Assembly: GCA_963706285.1 (NCBI GenBank) | Contig: CAVPLU010000004.1 | Coordinates: 320,001 to 384,000, forward strand | Source of the DNA: Candidatus Bathyarchaeota archaeon | GTDB lineage: Archaea; Thermoproteota; Bathyarchaeia; 40CM-2-53-6 | Direction of reading: 5' to 3' | Length of the DNA stretch: 64,000 bases | Shown: positions 10,015 to 20,969 of the stretch, one piece after another | Layout: each line of letters opens with the position of its first letter | How positions within the stretch are numbered: position 1 is the stretch's first letter | Position numbers and translations under genes: made by a program | Notes under the pieces: model-generated | Told to the model about the DNA's origin: nothing | The model's input: the letters and a program-made list of their open reading frames with translations, nothing else | Database searches by the model: none

Positions 10015-11811
10015 TCAATCGCTTGCACGAGTGTAGTAGTATTCGCCGATCTCCTTTTGCTCACGGTCAAGTTTGCTTCCAAGTTTGTTGACACGAGGTC
10101 TCCCGCTCGTGGGGTCACGTCTGAAAGTCATGTCCATCTGAGTAAGGAAGCTGTTCATTCCTTCTCTAAGTGGTATAGGTTTGCCCGCGTGTCCTGTCAA
10201 GCCGGGTTTTCCATCGAAGATCATCAGTCTGTCAGCAATGAAATCTTGAGAAACGATGTCATGTTCGACGACGAAACCGAAGGCATGCTTCTCTTCGACC
10301 GTGCGCCGGATGGCTTTCGCAGCTGCCAGGCGTTCTTCAACATCTAGGTATGCGCTTGGCTCGTCCAGAAGGTAGACTTGAGAGTCCTTCGCTAAGCAGG
10401 CTATGATCGCTACCCTCTGTAGCTCTCCGCCGCTCAGTTCTTCGATATTTCTGTCCAGCAACTTCGTTAGTCCCAATGGTTTGATGTATTGGTTTGCGAA
10501 TGCTTCGGTTTCGTAGGCTGAGCTTGCGATTGATCGGAAGAGCGCTTCGACCGTCCCCTCGTATTTTGCTGAAATGTATTGTGGCTTGTAGCTGATTGTG
10601 AGGCCTTTCCAGGCAAGTTCGGTTCCATCATCTGACTCTTCCATACCCGCAAGGAGTTTGATGAAGGTGGTTTTGCCGATGCCGTTTGGCCCGAGGATAC
10701 CTACAACCTCTCCTATTCCTGCTGACCCGGCACTCACTGTAAGTCCAAACTGCTTGAATTTCTTAGCCATCTTCGGCCATTCAAGCTGCCAACTCTCGGC
10801 TGGAGCGAAGTCACGGGGCGGTTTCACGTGAAACCTAATCGGTTCGTCGCGGAATCTCATGTTCTCGTCCGGAACGAAGCCGTCCAGGTAGATGTTGACG
10901 CCAACCCGTACCCCATGTATATGAGATACGATTCCATAAACGCCAGGCTCGCCATACAGTACACAGACTTGGTCTGATAGATAGTCAAGCATCGCTAAGT
11001 CATGTTCTGCAATTAGGACAGTCTTCTTTTCTTCGACAAGTCCTCTTATGGCGCGAGCTGCCCTCAGCCTTTGACTGACGTCAAGGTGACTTGATGGTTC
11101 ATCGAAGATGTACACGTCAGCGTCCCGCGCTGACGCAACCGCAATTGCAAGTCTTTGGAGTTCGCCTCCGCTAAGGACGCTCATCTGTCTAGTCTTGATC
11201 TTGTCCAGCTGTAGGAGTTCGACCAGCGGGCGGAGTCTTTCCTCGTTATCGATTTTGTCGAGGGCATCTGAGACCTTGCCCTTCAGATACTCCGGGATTC
11301 GATCTACGTACTGTGGTTTGCTCACTATTGTGAGCTTCTTCTCGCTGAGCTTGTTGAAGTAGTCTTGAAGTATCGAGCCTCGATAGTTTCGAATGATGTT
11401 GTGCCAGTCGGGTGGTCCCTCGAGGTTCCCTAGATTCGGAGCGATCTCACCTGAAAGGATCTTGAGCGCTGTAGTTTTTCCCGTCCCATTTCTGCCGACA
11501 AGTCCGGTAACGGTGCCCTCTTGAGGGACCGGGAGTCTGTACAGCTTGAACGCGTTTACGCCGTAGCGATGGCTGCAATCTCGGTCAAGTTCTGCAGGGA
11601 GGTTGACGATACTGATTGCACCGAACGGGCATTTCTTTATGCATATGCCACACCCAGTGCAAACGTCCTCCACAATAATCGGTTTTTTCTCTCCCTCCAC
11701 GAACTTGATCGCGTATCTCCGGTTCAGGACCTCGGGACAAAATCTGTAGCATGGGATACCGCAGTCATCGGGCTTGCATCTCTCTTTCTCAAGCACAGCT
11801 ACTCTCGTCAT
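10015..11811 (-). CDS. rli: Ribosome recycling ATPase ABCE1/RLI
   Basis: N-terminal FeS cysteines, two ABC domains (GRNGTGKTT, GPNGIGKTT, LSGGELQR twice), TFRRD..SGRPRVNK. Confidence 0.97.
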   Translation of the reverse strand: MTRVAVLEKERCKPDDCGIPCYRFCPEVLNRRYAIKFVEGEKKPIIVEDVCTGCGICIKKCPFGAISIVNLPAELDRDCSHRYGVNAFKLYRLPVPQEGTVTGLVGRNGTGKTTALKILSGEIAPNLGNLEGPPDWHNIIRNYRGSILQDYFNKLSEKKLTIVSKPQYVDRIPEYLKGKVSDALDKIDNEERLRPLVELLQLDKIKTRQMSVLSGGELQRLAIAVASARDADVYIFDEPSSHLDVSQRLRAARAIRGLVEEKKTVLIAEHDLAMLDYLSDQVCVLYGEPGVYGIVSHIHGVRVGVNIYLDGFVPDENMRFRDEPIRFHVKPPRDFAPAESWQLEWPKMAKKFKQFGLTVSAGSAGIGEVVGILGPNGIGKTTFIKLLAGMEESDDGTELAWKGLTISYKPQYISAKYEGTVEALFRSIASSAYETEAFANQYIKPLGLTKLLDRNIEELSGGELQRVAIIACLAKDSQVYLLDEPSAYLDVEERLAAAKAIRRTVEEKHAFGFVVEHDIVSQDFIADRLMIFDGKPGLTGHAGKPIPLREGMNSFLTQMDMTFRRDPTSGRPRVNKLGSKLDREQKEIGEYYYTRASD

Positions 11812-11890
11812 TGCAAATCACCATTGGCGGAAAAGCCCGGAATTGAGTTAATCTTCAAGAAAGCGTGTGACGCATCAGAATCGAAGAAAA

Positions 11891-11989
11891 CTAGAAACAC
11901 TGTTGTCCAGAGCGGTCTTCGCCACTCCACTCGTCTTCTTCCCAGTCTTCGTCCTCTTCTTCGTCCCAGTCTTCTTCTTCCTCACTCAA
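11891..11989 (-). CDS. Putative 32-aa acidic, Trp-spaced peptide
   Basis: TTG start gives MSEEEEDWDEEEDEDWEEDEWSGEDRSGQQCF. GGAGG lies about 10 nt upstream and a TATA-like CTTAAAA at about 12037-12043. Confidence 0.5.
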   Translation of the reverse strand: MSEEEEDWDEEEDEDWEEDEWSGEDRSGQQCF

Positions 11990-12058
11990 ACTTCTTGGCC
12001 TCCAGAACAGCCGCCTATGTTGCGAAATGCGAGTTTCTTTTAAGTCTTTTCTAGGACA

Positions 12059-13120
12059 GCGGCTGTCAAGTCCTCGTTTGGTCTGAGAGTGCTGTAAAGA
12101 GTCGTTTGGTGGATGTGTTTGCCTACTTTTCGTCAGATTAGACCTTACAACTTTCGGCACATAGCATCCCAGTTCTCACGAAAACGCTCCAAGTCAATTC
12201 TTTCATATTTGTTTGGAAAGCGTCGTAGCTTGGTGTCTTTATGGTGACGAACACGTTTCCCTTGCGTTCGTAGATGTTTTCGATGAGTTCGTTTCAAGTA
12301 TGGACCTCATTATGGACGACGGGACGATGAAGTACATCTGGATTCTCCATACAATCGACTATTTTGCGTCTTAGATCGACCAAAACATAGAACTTGTTTG
12401 AATCAACTACTGTCATCACGCTCGTGAAGTTTCCAGTCGAACGACTTCTTTAGGTCGCATGTGGTACTTCACTTGGATTGTTTACCGTGCCCAATTGCCC
12501 ACTAGCGATGATATCTGAAGCTCTCAAGTATTCCGAACCGTCATAAGTGCAAGGTATCCACGTGTCAATAGCTCGGCCGAAGTGTAATGAACTCCAGCAA
12601 TGCCAGCCAGAATGCTTGTCCACCATAGTCTCGCACGGCATCTTTGCGAATGAACAAATCAGCAATCACGGCTAATAATGATTAGCATTGCTTCGTCTTG
12701 GTGAGCCGCATTCTGGATTAGGGTTATCCACTTATTCTTGCCCATAATCTTGATTCCTGCCATTTCAGCGGGAGTCTTGCCATCCAGTGCCATGTGTGGA
12801 CGCATGTGGTTGTGGAAGATTTGCATACCTGTAAGGATCGGCGTATCGGTTCGCTTGAGTGATCGCATGGTTTTCTCTCTTGATCTACGGTGCCGTTGAA
12901 TGACTCCATCTTCTGATTGCCCTTGTCTCCTTGCCATGTGATGTGTTCGACTGCTTCGTACGGGGTTCTGGTGAGCGTAGAACTCACGCTTGTACGCCAC
13001 ATGGTAGGCGTGAAGTCCATCGGTGATGAGTGTAAGCGGCCTTTTGCCAGCCACCTCTTTCCTTGCGGAACAGTTCACTAGCGTATTCGGGTGCTTCATG
13101 GCTGAACTTGTCTCCCGCGA
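12059..13120 (-). mobile_element. Degraded IS6-family (DDE) element with passenger remnants
   Basis: Frameshifted transposase pieces (LITDGLHAY, NQKMESFNGT, QIFHNHMRPHMALDGKTPAE, KWITLIQNA). End-like motif GGCTGTCAAGTCCTCG at 12061. Confidence 0.75.
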
Positions 13121-13206
13121 CTTCTTTCGTGGATCGCCTCGAGCGTCGAGGAGTTTTGTTCGCGCTTCCTATTAGGTGGCTACATGCAGTTCACACTCGG
13201 AAGAAG

Positions 13207-13857
13207 ATGTGTGCTGCCCTGCTGACTCTCTCAGTACGCGTCAGAGATATCGAAAAAGCCGCCGCGATAGTGAAGAGAGGCGGCATCGTAGCCTATCCCA
13301 CAGACACTGTCTACGGATTGGGCTGTGACCCCCACAACCCTCGAGCCATAAGAAGAGCCATGGCCGTCAAAGGAAGAAAAGGAAAGAAACCGTTTCCCAT
13401 CTTGGTCCTTTCATCTCGGCTGGCAGACCAGATTGCTGTAATGGATCGTCGAGCAAAGATACTGGCCTCCAAGTTTTGGCCAGGCCCGCTCACCCTAGTT
13501 CTCAAACCGAGGGTTCGGTTTCCTAATGCGCTTACTCTGGGGCGTAGGTCGATAGCGGTGAGATGCCCAAACGACCGGGTGGCATTAGGGCTGATTAGGA
13601 AATGCGGAGGGCTACTCACCGGGACAAGCGCAAACCTCTCAGGAGAGCCTCCCTGCACCAACGCAAAGATGGTCCGCCACTGCTTCGGTGATCGCATAGA
13701 TGCGGTCTTGGACGGTGGGGAGTCTTCGCTGCGGGCTGGATCAACAATCGTTCGTGTCAATTCTCGTGGAGTCAGAATGCTTCGAGAAGGGCCTATACGA
13801 AACGAACAGGTGAAACAAGCACTCTCAGTTGTCTTCCCACATCATGGGAGAAGATAG
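13207..13857 (+). CDS. tsaC: Threonylcarbamoyl-AMP synthase (TsaC/YrdC domain only)
   Basis: PTDTVYGLGCD, KGR, FWPGPLT, AVRCP, TSANLSG. No Sua5 C-terminal domain. Confidence 0.92.
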   Translation: MCAALLTLSVRVRDIEKAAAIVKRGGIVAYPTDTVYGLGCDPHNPRAIRRAMAVKGRKGKKPFPILVLSSRLADQIAVMDRRAKILASKFWPGPLTLVLKPRVRFPNALTLGRRSIAVRCPNDRVALGLIRKCGGLLTGTSANLSGEPPCTNAKMVRHCFGDRIDAVLDGGESSLRAGSTIVRVNSRGVRMLREGPIRNEQVKQALSVVFPHHGRR

Positions 13858-13937
13858 CTTAGGATGCGTGCCCTGGGCCAAACCCTTTTTCAAGCATTAG
13901 CAGTGGTTACTGGGACAATCCAGAGCGGGCGAGTCGT

Positions 13938-14483
13938 TTGCTGAAAGATTTCAATCTGCTAATATCTACATCACGAGGCAACGAGAGAAACACCTGCAGT
14001 GAAATGTGGTATCTGCTCGGCGAGGCGGGCGACCGTACTGCGGTGGTAGAACGAACGCAAGTCATAGGACTTGTCGTGGCACGTACAAGAATCGACCCAG
14101 TGACAGCAATCGACAGACTGCGCTCGCTTCTTCTGGAACGCCCGTGGGAATTTCGCTACACTCTGAAGGTTACTCCGATCACTGGCACCGTGCCATCTGA
14201 TCCACAGGGAATTGAGAATTATGCAGCGAAGTTGGCCGAATCCCTAGCGAAGGATGAGAAGTATCGCGTTACTATCGAGAAACGTAGGACTTCGATCTCA
14301 GGTCGAGAATTGATTGAAGCAGTAGCCAAGCGAATCGATCGAAAAGTTGACCTCAACGGACCGGACAAGGTTGTGCTGATACAGATTCTAGGTGAAGTCA
14401 CTGGAGTGTCTGTGATAGCGCCGGACAAGATTCTTTCTGTTGAGAGAGAGAAGCGGTTGGCTTCGCAAGCACGATCAAAGTAG
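13938..14483 (+). CDS. THUMP-domain RNA-binding protein
   Basis: FNLLIST, YRVTIEKRRT, LIEAVAKRIDRKVDLNGPDKVVLIQILG. Confidence 0.88.
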   Translation: MLKDFNLLISTSRGNERNTCSEMWYLLGEAGDRTAVVERTQVIGLVVARTRIDPVTAIDRLRSLLLERPWEFRYTLKVTPITGTVPSDPQGIENYAAKLAESLAKDEKYRVTIEKRRTSISGRELIEAVAKRIDRKVDLNGPDKVVLIQILGEVTGVSVIAPDKILSVEREKRLASQARSK

Positions 14484-14501
14484 TGACTCGCACTGCCAAT
14501 G

Positions 14502-15071
14502 TCAGGTTCTTGTTGATAGGAGGGCGACCCGTTCGACGACTGCCTTCTCTATGGCTGTCTTGGCTTCCTGACCAGGCATCCTGATAGCCTCCAACTCCGC
14601 GCTGCCTATCTCATACAGTGCTATCAGTTCGTTCTCCTTCTCCTCAGACCATTCGTCGAGTATACCGTCAATCAACTCTGCCCGAACGAAATGCGCTATC
14701 TTCTTCTCTAGTTCTCGGGCATCTTCCTCCGACCCGGAAAACGCAAGAAGGCCAACTATCTTTGAGTCTTGGGTAACTCCGGCTTTCGATATTGCGGCAG
14801 CGATTTGCCTCTGAGCTGAAGCATAGAGAAGCGTCTCCATTGCGAGGCTTTTTGAGATATTAATGCCTGTCTTGAATGCGTGTAAAGCATTGATGGCTGT
14901 GAACTTCAAGTGTTCCTTGCCGGCGATAAGTCCTCCATCAAAGAACTGAATGTCGTTGTCGGGAATCTTGGCTCTTATCTCCTCTAGAGCTGTGAAGGGG
15001 ACCATGTCCGAAGGTACCCTGAATGCTGAAATCAAAACGAATTTTCCGTATTCAGATAGATCTAGAATCAA
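14502..15071 (-). CDS. cgi121: KEOPS complex subunit Cgi121
   Basis: NISKSLAMETLLYASAQRQIAAAISKAG and C-terminal VERVALL. Confidence 0.9.
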   Translation of the reverse strand: MILDLSEYGKFVLISAFRVPSDMVPFTALEEIRAKIPDNDIQFFDGGLIAGKEHLKFTAINALHAFKTGINISKSLAMETLLYASAQRQIAAAISKAGVTQDSKIVGLLAFSGSEEDARELEKKIAHFVRAELIDGILDEWSEEKENELIALYEIGSAELEAIRMPGQEAKTAIEKAVVERVALLSTRT

Positions 15072-15074
15072 GAC

Positions 15075-15665
15075 TTATCGATAGAGGCGTGCGTACTCAA
15101 TTAGCTTTTCCACGACGCCGCGACTGATTCCGGCACTGGTGAGTGTGTCTTTGATCGAGCTGATCGATTTTCCCTTCTTCTCGGCTTCATTAAGTAGCCG
15201 CCTTGTGTTCTCAAGTCGTTCCCAGGGGAAAATGATCCATTGTTCAGTTTGAACCATGAAGAAGTCAGGTTTGAAGATGCTCTGCGGTTTGTAATATAAC
15301 GTGGCAGTTTTGATCGCTCTTGCACCGCAGACATCAATGTGCTCGACGGCAACCTTCAAACTCTCGCCAGTGTCTGAGACGTCATCTACAACGAGAACAT
15401 TGGCACCTTTGACGGGAACCATGATCGCTTGGCTTATCACGGGCTTTCTTGCAGTAACGCCAGGCGCAAGATAGAACTCAATCCTGATGCTTGCTGTGTT
15501 TGCATTCTCTAACAGGTCTGACATGACGCGGGCGGGTGCCCATCCACCTCGGCACACTCCGACAATCAAATCAGGTCGGAAACCAGAATCCTTCACCCGT
15601 TTAGCCAGCTCCATGAGCATGTCGTATATCTGATCCCATGACGGCGCAACAAAGGAGACGGGCAA
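15075..15665 (-). CDS. Purine phosphoribosyltransferase
   Basis: VGVCRGG, VLVVDDVSDTGESL, WIIFPWE. Confidence 0.9.
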   Translation of the reverse strand: MPVSFVAPSWDQIYDMLMELAKRVKDSGFRPDLIVGVCRGGWAPARVMSDLLENANTASIRIEFYLAPGVTARKPVISQAIMVPVKGANVLVVDDVSDTGESLKVAVEHIDVCGARAIKTATLYYKPQSIFKPDFFMVQTEQWIIFPWERLENTRRLLNEAEKKGKSISSIKDTLTSAGISRGVVEKLIEYARLYR

Positions 15666-16049
15666 CTAGTCTGGCTCCGAGGCGTACAGCACTCTTGGAC
15701 AGCCGCTATAAGAGTTGTCTCCTTGAGAAAGAAGTGGAAAGAAACAGATTCACTCATCTGAGCTTCTGAAATTACTAGTCATCAAGGCCGAGTTGCATCA
15801 TAGCGTTTGAGAATCTCAAACTCGTCCGGCGTGAAAGTTGCTCAGCGGAGATGCACATTTCACGGGGCAGTCCCCTCAAAGCAGGTCAGTCCACTTCATC
15901 GCAAGTCCTTCGATGTGAACGCTTCCTCTTAAGTGCAATCGTGAGTCCATCACGCACGCGCGTGAAAGCGATCATCTGATTGGCTTTATATTCCAGATAT
16001 CGACCTACGCCACTTTGCCTTTCGCATAACTGAGAAATCCTGAAGGTGG

Positions 16050-16610
16050 ATGAGCATGTCTCGAAGGAAGACAAAACGAAAGCACAACGCAGTCGAGGTT
16101 GTCGGTCTAGTAGCGATAGGTATCTTCGTCGTAGGCATCATCTGGTTGGCATTCTTCACTCAACCACAGACTCCGCAGAATCCAAACCAGACAACGGCGC
16201 TTCTTCCTGCCTCTGATTTCGCATTGACAGATGTGGATGGCAATACCTTTCGGCTTTCAGATCAGCAAGGCAAAATTGTCGTCCTTGAATTCATGCGAAC
16301 TACTTGCTCAGCCTGTGTCACCGAGGGCCCAGCCCTTGCGGACCTCCGAACCAAGTTTGGAGGCGATGTCGTCATGGTAACCCTTACTGTTGATCCGATC
16401 GGCGATACCGACAGTGTTTTTCGAAACTATCGGAATGAGAACATGAAGGGCTGGACTGCAATTAGAGATACGGCGCAAGTGTACCAGAAATATTCAGTGG
16501 ACGCGACTCCCACGATCTTCATCATAGACAAGAATGGAGATATCAGATACCGACACGTGGGAGTGACCGAATCCGCGATTCTAATTGCCGAAATTGGAAG
16601 CTTGGCTTAA
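16050..16610 (+). CDS. Membrane-anchored TlpA/redoxin-family protein
   Basis: N-terminal TM helix, DFALTDVDG, CSAC, TPTIFIIDKNG. Confidence 0.85.
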   Translation: MSMSRRKTKRKHNAVEVVGLVAIGIFVVGIIWLAFFTQPQTPQNPNQTTALLPASDFALTDVDGNTFRLSDQQGKIVVLEFMRTTCSACVTEGPALADLRTKFGGDVVMVTLTVDPIGDTDSVFRNYRNENMKGWTAIRDTAQVYQKYSVDATPTIFIIDKNGDIRYRHVGVTESAILIAEIGSLA

Positions 16611-16673
16611 TCGAAAACCCTGAGGGCACGTGAACCGGATGATACAGGGCGCTTAACTCGCCCTTCCAACCGC

Positions 16674-17412
16674 GTGCGATTGTCCGGTCTTTCCATTCCA
16701 AACGAGGTTACGGGAGCTGGTTTGCGAGCAAGTCGTGGCTGGAGATGGTGGATCTCTCGCAGGATATTGTGGCTGTTCTTCGTTCTCTTTCGCCAGCGAA
16801 GACAAAGCAGACTAGTCCTTGAAAATGTCAGAGGAATTCCACTAGTCGTATTTCCCGGTGTCTTTCATCCAGTTCTTTTTCTCAGCACATCGCTTCTTCT
16901 TGATGCCATCGAAGAATCCAAGTTGGGAATTGACTCGCTTGTTCTTGACCTCGGTACTGGCACCGGAGTCTGCGCAATAGCCGCCGCCCGGAAGGGCACA
17001 AAGGTGACTGCAACCGACATCAGTCCAATCGCAGTTCGATGTGCAAAAGCGAACGTCCTCGTCAGCAACTTGGAGGATAGAGTCAGAGTCCTTGAGGGCG
17101 ACCTATTCGAACCAGTCGGAAGCGAGAGGTTTGACCTGGTGATCTTCAATCCGCCGTACTTCAAAGGAAGACCGGTAGATTGGGCCGATTACGCTTGGCG
17201 AGGCGAGGGAGTGTTCCAGAGATTCTTGGAAGGCCTGAGTGTTCATCTGACTCGTAGAGGCAAAGTTCTCCTTTCGGTCTCCACCGAGCTTGATTTGGCA
17301 GCCGTTAAGAAGGCACTCTTAGAGAAGGGATTTGTAGTGCGTGAGACTACGCAAGCGGAAGATTCCTGGTGAGACGCTCTACGTCTATGAGTGCGCTCCC
17401 TCTAACCCGTGA
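16674..17412 (+). CDS. HemK/PrmC-like SAM methyltransferase, C-terminus probably frameshifted
   Basis: VLDLGTGTG, GDLF, FNPPY. The +1 frame after about 17347 continues LRKRKIPGETLYVYE, the expected last strand. Confidence 0.8.
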
Positions 17413-17418
17413 CCCGTT

Positions 17419-18267
17419 TCAGATATGGAGCCATATCTGTAACTGGCTGAAGACTATCATGGCTGCTAGTCCGAAGCATATGGCAAGCGGAAGCCCGGGA
17501 AATACATTCCTTCGTTCCAGCATCTTGAATCCGAGAAAGCTGCCGACCAAAACGCCCGCAAAGGACCCGAAGTATGCGAATGTCCCGAAATTGACCATTG
17601 CATTGCTTACAAGCATAGAGTAGAAGACAAGGTCGCCCATACCGATCGTGAGGTCGCCGACTGTGAAGACTGCTCCTTTGAAATCCTCCAGATCAGCCAT
17701 CTCTGCGATCTTGCCTATTGGACCACGATAAACTGAGACTAGATCATATGCGGCTAGTGCGATCAGTAGCACGATGGCAGTCATGGTGGGGATTGAAGCG
17801 CCAAGAAAGGTTCCGATCAATGACCCAACTATTGTGACCGAGACTAGCCGGACGCCCTCACGTGCTCTATGCATTCCCACGAGCAGCAGTACGGAGATTA
17901 GTCCAGTCAATCCAATCCATCCGTATCCGTAGACATCTATGGTCGAGGACAGCTGCGTCGCATACAGCTCACTGTACCAATTGAGAAGGAAGAATGTGAC
18001 AAGCAGCATCGCTCCGGTAATCAGATACTTCACTACATGTCTTCTACGATACTTCACAAGCAGATAGATCAGAGTAGCAGCAAGCGCCATCATCACGACG
18101 AAAACTGACGCGTTCAAAGTAGCCCCGCTCGGAGTTTCAGGGAACACGGTGATTGACACAACCTCAGCATTCGAGGCTTGCAACCCAAAGGTGAGGAGCC
18201 CGGAGAGTAGAAGCCCAGCTAGGACAGGGACGATTTGGCTGGGGGTTGCTCTGAAAGGTTTAGTCAT
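17419..18267 (-). CDS. Presenilin-like (A22) intramembrane aspartyl protease
   Basis: Multiple TM helices with YD, GMGD and PGLP motifs. ATG overlaps the upstream gene's stop. Confidence 0.88.
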   Translation of the reverse strand: MTKPFRATPSQIVPVLAGLLLSGLLTFGLQASNAEVVSITVFPETPSGATLNASVFVVMMALAATLIYLLVKYRRRHVVKYLITGAMLLVTFFLLNWYSELYATQLSSTIDVYGYGWIGLTGLISVLLLVGMHRAREGVRLVSVTIVGSLIGTFLGASIPTMTAIVLLIALAAYDLVSVYRGPIGKIAEMADLEDFKGAVFTVGDLTIGMGDLVFYSMLVSNAMVNFGTFAYFGSFAGVLVGSFLGFKMLERRNVFPGLPLAICFGLAAMIVFSQLQIWLHI

Positions 18268-18800
18268 TTGGTCATGCCTAGCTTGTTTGAGCATATCTCG
18301 CAGTAATCTTCTCTCTTGCGATCGGTGTCCTCTAGACTGTTCGAGAAACGCATTACACATAGTGGGTCCTTGCAGTGAGTGAGGCCCAATGTGTGCCCAA
18401 GTTCATGCATGCCTTCCTTGACAACTCGAACAGGCAGAAGTTCAGCCTCCCCATAACTGGTACGGCCTTTCAATCTGTATGTCGAGATTATCGCGGTTCT
18501 TCCGGGCAAATGGGCTTCTCCAAAGACGAAGTTCATGCCTGGTACGTACAGGTCTAGGTCCGTCACGCCTAGCAATTTGTCGTTCTGGAGATGTTCTGCG
18601 TTTTTCTCAAGATTCTCAAGGATTCTTGTAGCGTGGTATTGGTTGGTGTTAGGGTTGCGCCATTTCTCTGCGGCGTTCTCCATTTCAACTAGCCGGCAGG
18701 TGGCTCCTGTGAATTTGACCGGAAGTCGCTCAAGGAGAGTGGCAATCGATTCTTCTTGAACTTGGCCCACCGCAACGAGAGCAATGCTCTGGAGCCTAGA
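18264..18800 (-). CDS. amzA: Archaemetzincin zinc protease (start uncertain)
   Basis: [30 protein letters not shown]. Confidence 0.9.
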   Translation of the reverse strand, partial: SRLQSIALVAVGQVQEESIATLLERLPVKFTGATCRLVEMENAAEKWRNPNTNQYHATRILENLEKNAEHLQNDKLLGVTDLDLYVPGMNFVFGEAHLPGRTAIISTYRLKGRTSYGEAELLPVRVVKEGMHELGHTLGLTHCKDPLCVMRFSNSLEDTDRKREDYCEICSNKLGMTK

Positions 18801-20052
18801 TGTCGTACGATTCACCGGCTCTGGGAACGAATGATTCAAGTCCCGCTTCTTTCTTCGCCCAGTCGGCAAGAACCGTACAGCTATCCTCGTCTCCGTGAAC
18901 TGCAAAGACTTTCGTCTTCTTACCTACGCTTTCTAAGCATCGGTGCAGTTCGCTTCTTCCGCCGTGAGATGAGAAGTCGAATTTTAGAACCTTCGCGCTT
19001 ACTTTCTGAAGTTTGCCGTGCAGCATGTATTTGCCTTCGTCAAGCAGGACTCTTCCTGGAGAGCCTTCAACTTGGTAGCTCACAAGGATGATGCCATTCT
19101 TCATTCCACGCGCGACGGATTCCATATAGAAGACAGAGGCACCTCCCTTTAGCATGCCAGCGGGTGAAACGATCACGCCGGGACCTTTAACTGCTCGTCG
19201 TCTGTCGTGCCAATTCCTTACCCATTCCGCCGACTTGACAGCGGATCTGAATAGTTGAGGATCGACAAGAGCAGGCTCATGTTCTCCTAAGATTTCGATC
19301 GCCTTTAGCGCCATTCCGTCAACGTAGACGGTATGCTTGAAATTGTGAGCGGCAAGCATGCACATGATTTCTTGTGATCTTCCCACTCCAAACGCGGGAA
19401 TCAGCACGGTACCGCCGTCCTCAACTATCTCGGTGCATGCGGCCACGAGCTGCTTTTCCGCTTCTTCTCGATCAGGATGATCTTCTTTTGCATAGGTACT
19501 CTCTATGATGATGGCATCAAGCTCTCCATACTTGCAGTCTGCTGAGCCTACAAGCCTCGTCGGTTTGAGGTTGAAATCACTTGTATACACAACTCGCTTT
19601 CCCTCGGCTTCTACTAGAGCTTGACAGCTTCCGGGGATATGGCCTGCATTGAGGAGTGTCACTGTTCCCTTTCCAACTTCAAAGGGGTGGCGGTACGGCA
19701 CGTTCACGATATGCTCCATCATGGTTTCGAGATCCATGAACTCGTACGGGAGGTAGTATCCGCTAAGTTTGATCATGTCTCGAATCAGGATATTTGCGAG
19801 TGCAAAGGTCGGTTCCACTCCGTACACTGGGAGCCGGCTCCTAACGAAGAACATGGGAACGAGTCCACTGTGATCAAGGTGGGCGTGAGTGACCACTATG
19901 CCGTGCAGGTCTTTCGGTGAGACGTGCACTGGGAAACCGATCTGGTGGTCAACCATGACGCCGTAGTCAAGCAGGATAGATTTCTCGCCTATCTTGACCT
20001 GGACGCCCGAGCGGCCAACTTCAGCGCATGCGCCTAGGAAGCGTATGTTCAT
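18796..20052 (-). CDS. MBL-fold beta-CASP ribonuclease (aCPSF2-like)
   Basis: [38 protein letters not shown]. Confidence 0.9.
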   Translation of the reverse strand: MNIRFLGACAEVGRSGVQVKIGEKSILLDYGVMVDHQIGFPVHVSPKDLHGIVVTHAHLDHSGLVPMFFVRSRLPVYGVEPTFALANILIRDMIKLSGYYLPYEFMDLETMMEHIVNVPYRHPFEVGKGTVTLLNAGHIPGSCQALVEAEGKRVVYTSDFNLKPTRLVGSADCKYGELDAIIIESTYAKEDHPDREEAEKQLVAACTEIVEDGGTVLIPAFGVGRSQEIMCMLAAHNFKHTVYVDGMALKAIEILGEHEPALVDPQLFRSAVKSAEWVRNWHDRRRAVKGPGVIVSPAGMLKGGASVFYMESVARGMKNGIILVSYQVEGSPGRVLLDEGKYMLHGKLQKVSAKVLKFDFSSHGGRSELHRCLESVGKKTKVFAVHGDEDSCTVLADWAKKEAGLESFVPRAGESYDI

Positions 20053-20126
20053 GCTAATTCATCGACTTGCTTGAGTGCGAAGCGGCGTAACGACCTTTCT
20101 AAGTTTTTTGCAGCAGAGCACCAGAG

Positions 20127-20831
20127 TCATCCATACATGCTCTGCAAGGATTTGGAGGTTTGCTTCATTCTCTTCTCGAATTCCTCCTCAATATCTTTCG
20201 CGCCTTCTTCAAGATCCGTAACGTCGACCTTGATTCCATAGCTCTTGCAGATGATTTTGACTGCTACTGCTGCTGCTGAAGGGTCCGCCGCCGTTGCAGA
20301 CGCGTATGGAAGAATCGCTATCGCAGGGAAGTCATGCATCTCAAATTCGCTCAACATGACCGCAAGCTGTCCATAGACGAATAGGCCAGGCTCGAGGGTC
20401 GGATACTTGAAACTGCTTCTTCTACTCAAGTATGTTCCAGTCGGAACTACTCTGACCTTTTCCTTCCCGGACTTGAGGTTCGAGTCGAGTCCCCCAACTA
20501 AGACTGCATCTTTGAATTTTTGATTCATTGTCCAGCGGGCTAGCACCTTCGCGAATTCAGCTTCTTCGGTTCTATGAGGGGCAAATTCAAGCTTCACAAA
20601 GACCAGTCTGCCTTTTCGAAAGACCTCAAAAGGTGTGACCAAGCCGTCTTCGGAAGTGGATACGAATGGTGGGGGGTGGGTGACATCAACGAAGCCTATC
20701 CGCTTCGCTTGGAGCGAATGGACAAGATACGAGATTGCGATGTATCCGGTCGATCCGATTCCATGAAATCCGGTCATCAGAGTGCAGTTTCTGAAGCTGC
20801 CCCTCCGAACATTCAATGATATGGGCATCAA
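20127..20831 (-). CDS. PAC2-family proteasome assembly chaperone
   Basis: GFHGIGSTGYIA, LVGGLD, DPSAAA, VDVTDLEE, terminal MYG (HbYX-like). Confidence 0.85.
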   Translation of the reverse strand: MMPISLNVRRGSFRNCTLMTGFHGIGSTGYIAISYLVHSLQAKRIGFVDVTHPPPFVSTSEDGLVTPFEVFRKGRLVFVKLEFAPHRTEEAEFAKVLARWTMNQKFKDAVLVGGLDSNLKSGKEKVRVVPTGTYLSRRSSFKYPTLEPGLFVYGQLAVMLSEFEMHDFPAIAILPYASATAADPSAAAVAVKIICKSYGIKVDVTDLEEGAKDIEEEFEKRMKQTSKSLQSMYG

Positions 20832-20969
20832 TATCAGCTGTAGACTACGTCAGAGCGCATACGTTAGGAAGTCTGGCTAAAAACCTGTCGAAACCCTAGA
20901 CGAGATCGATTTCACGAGGAATCGGTAAGACTTTTATTAGCGTGTTCTGCGCCTAACATCCCGTTCTAT

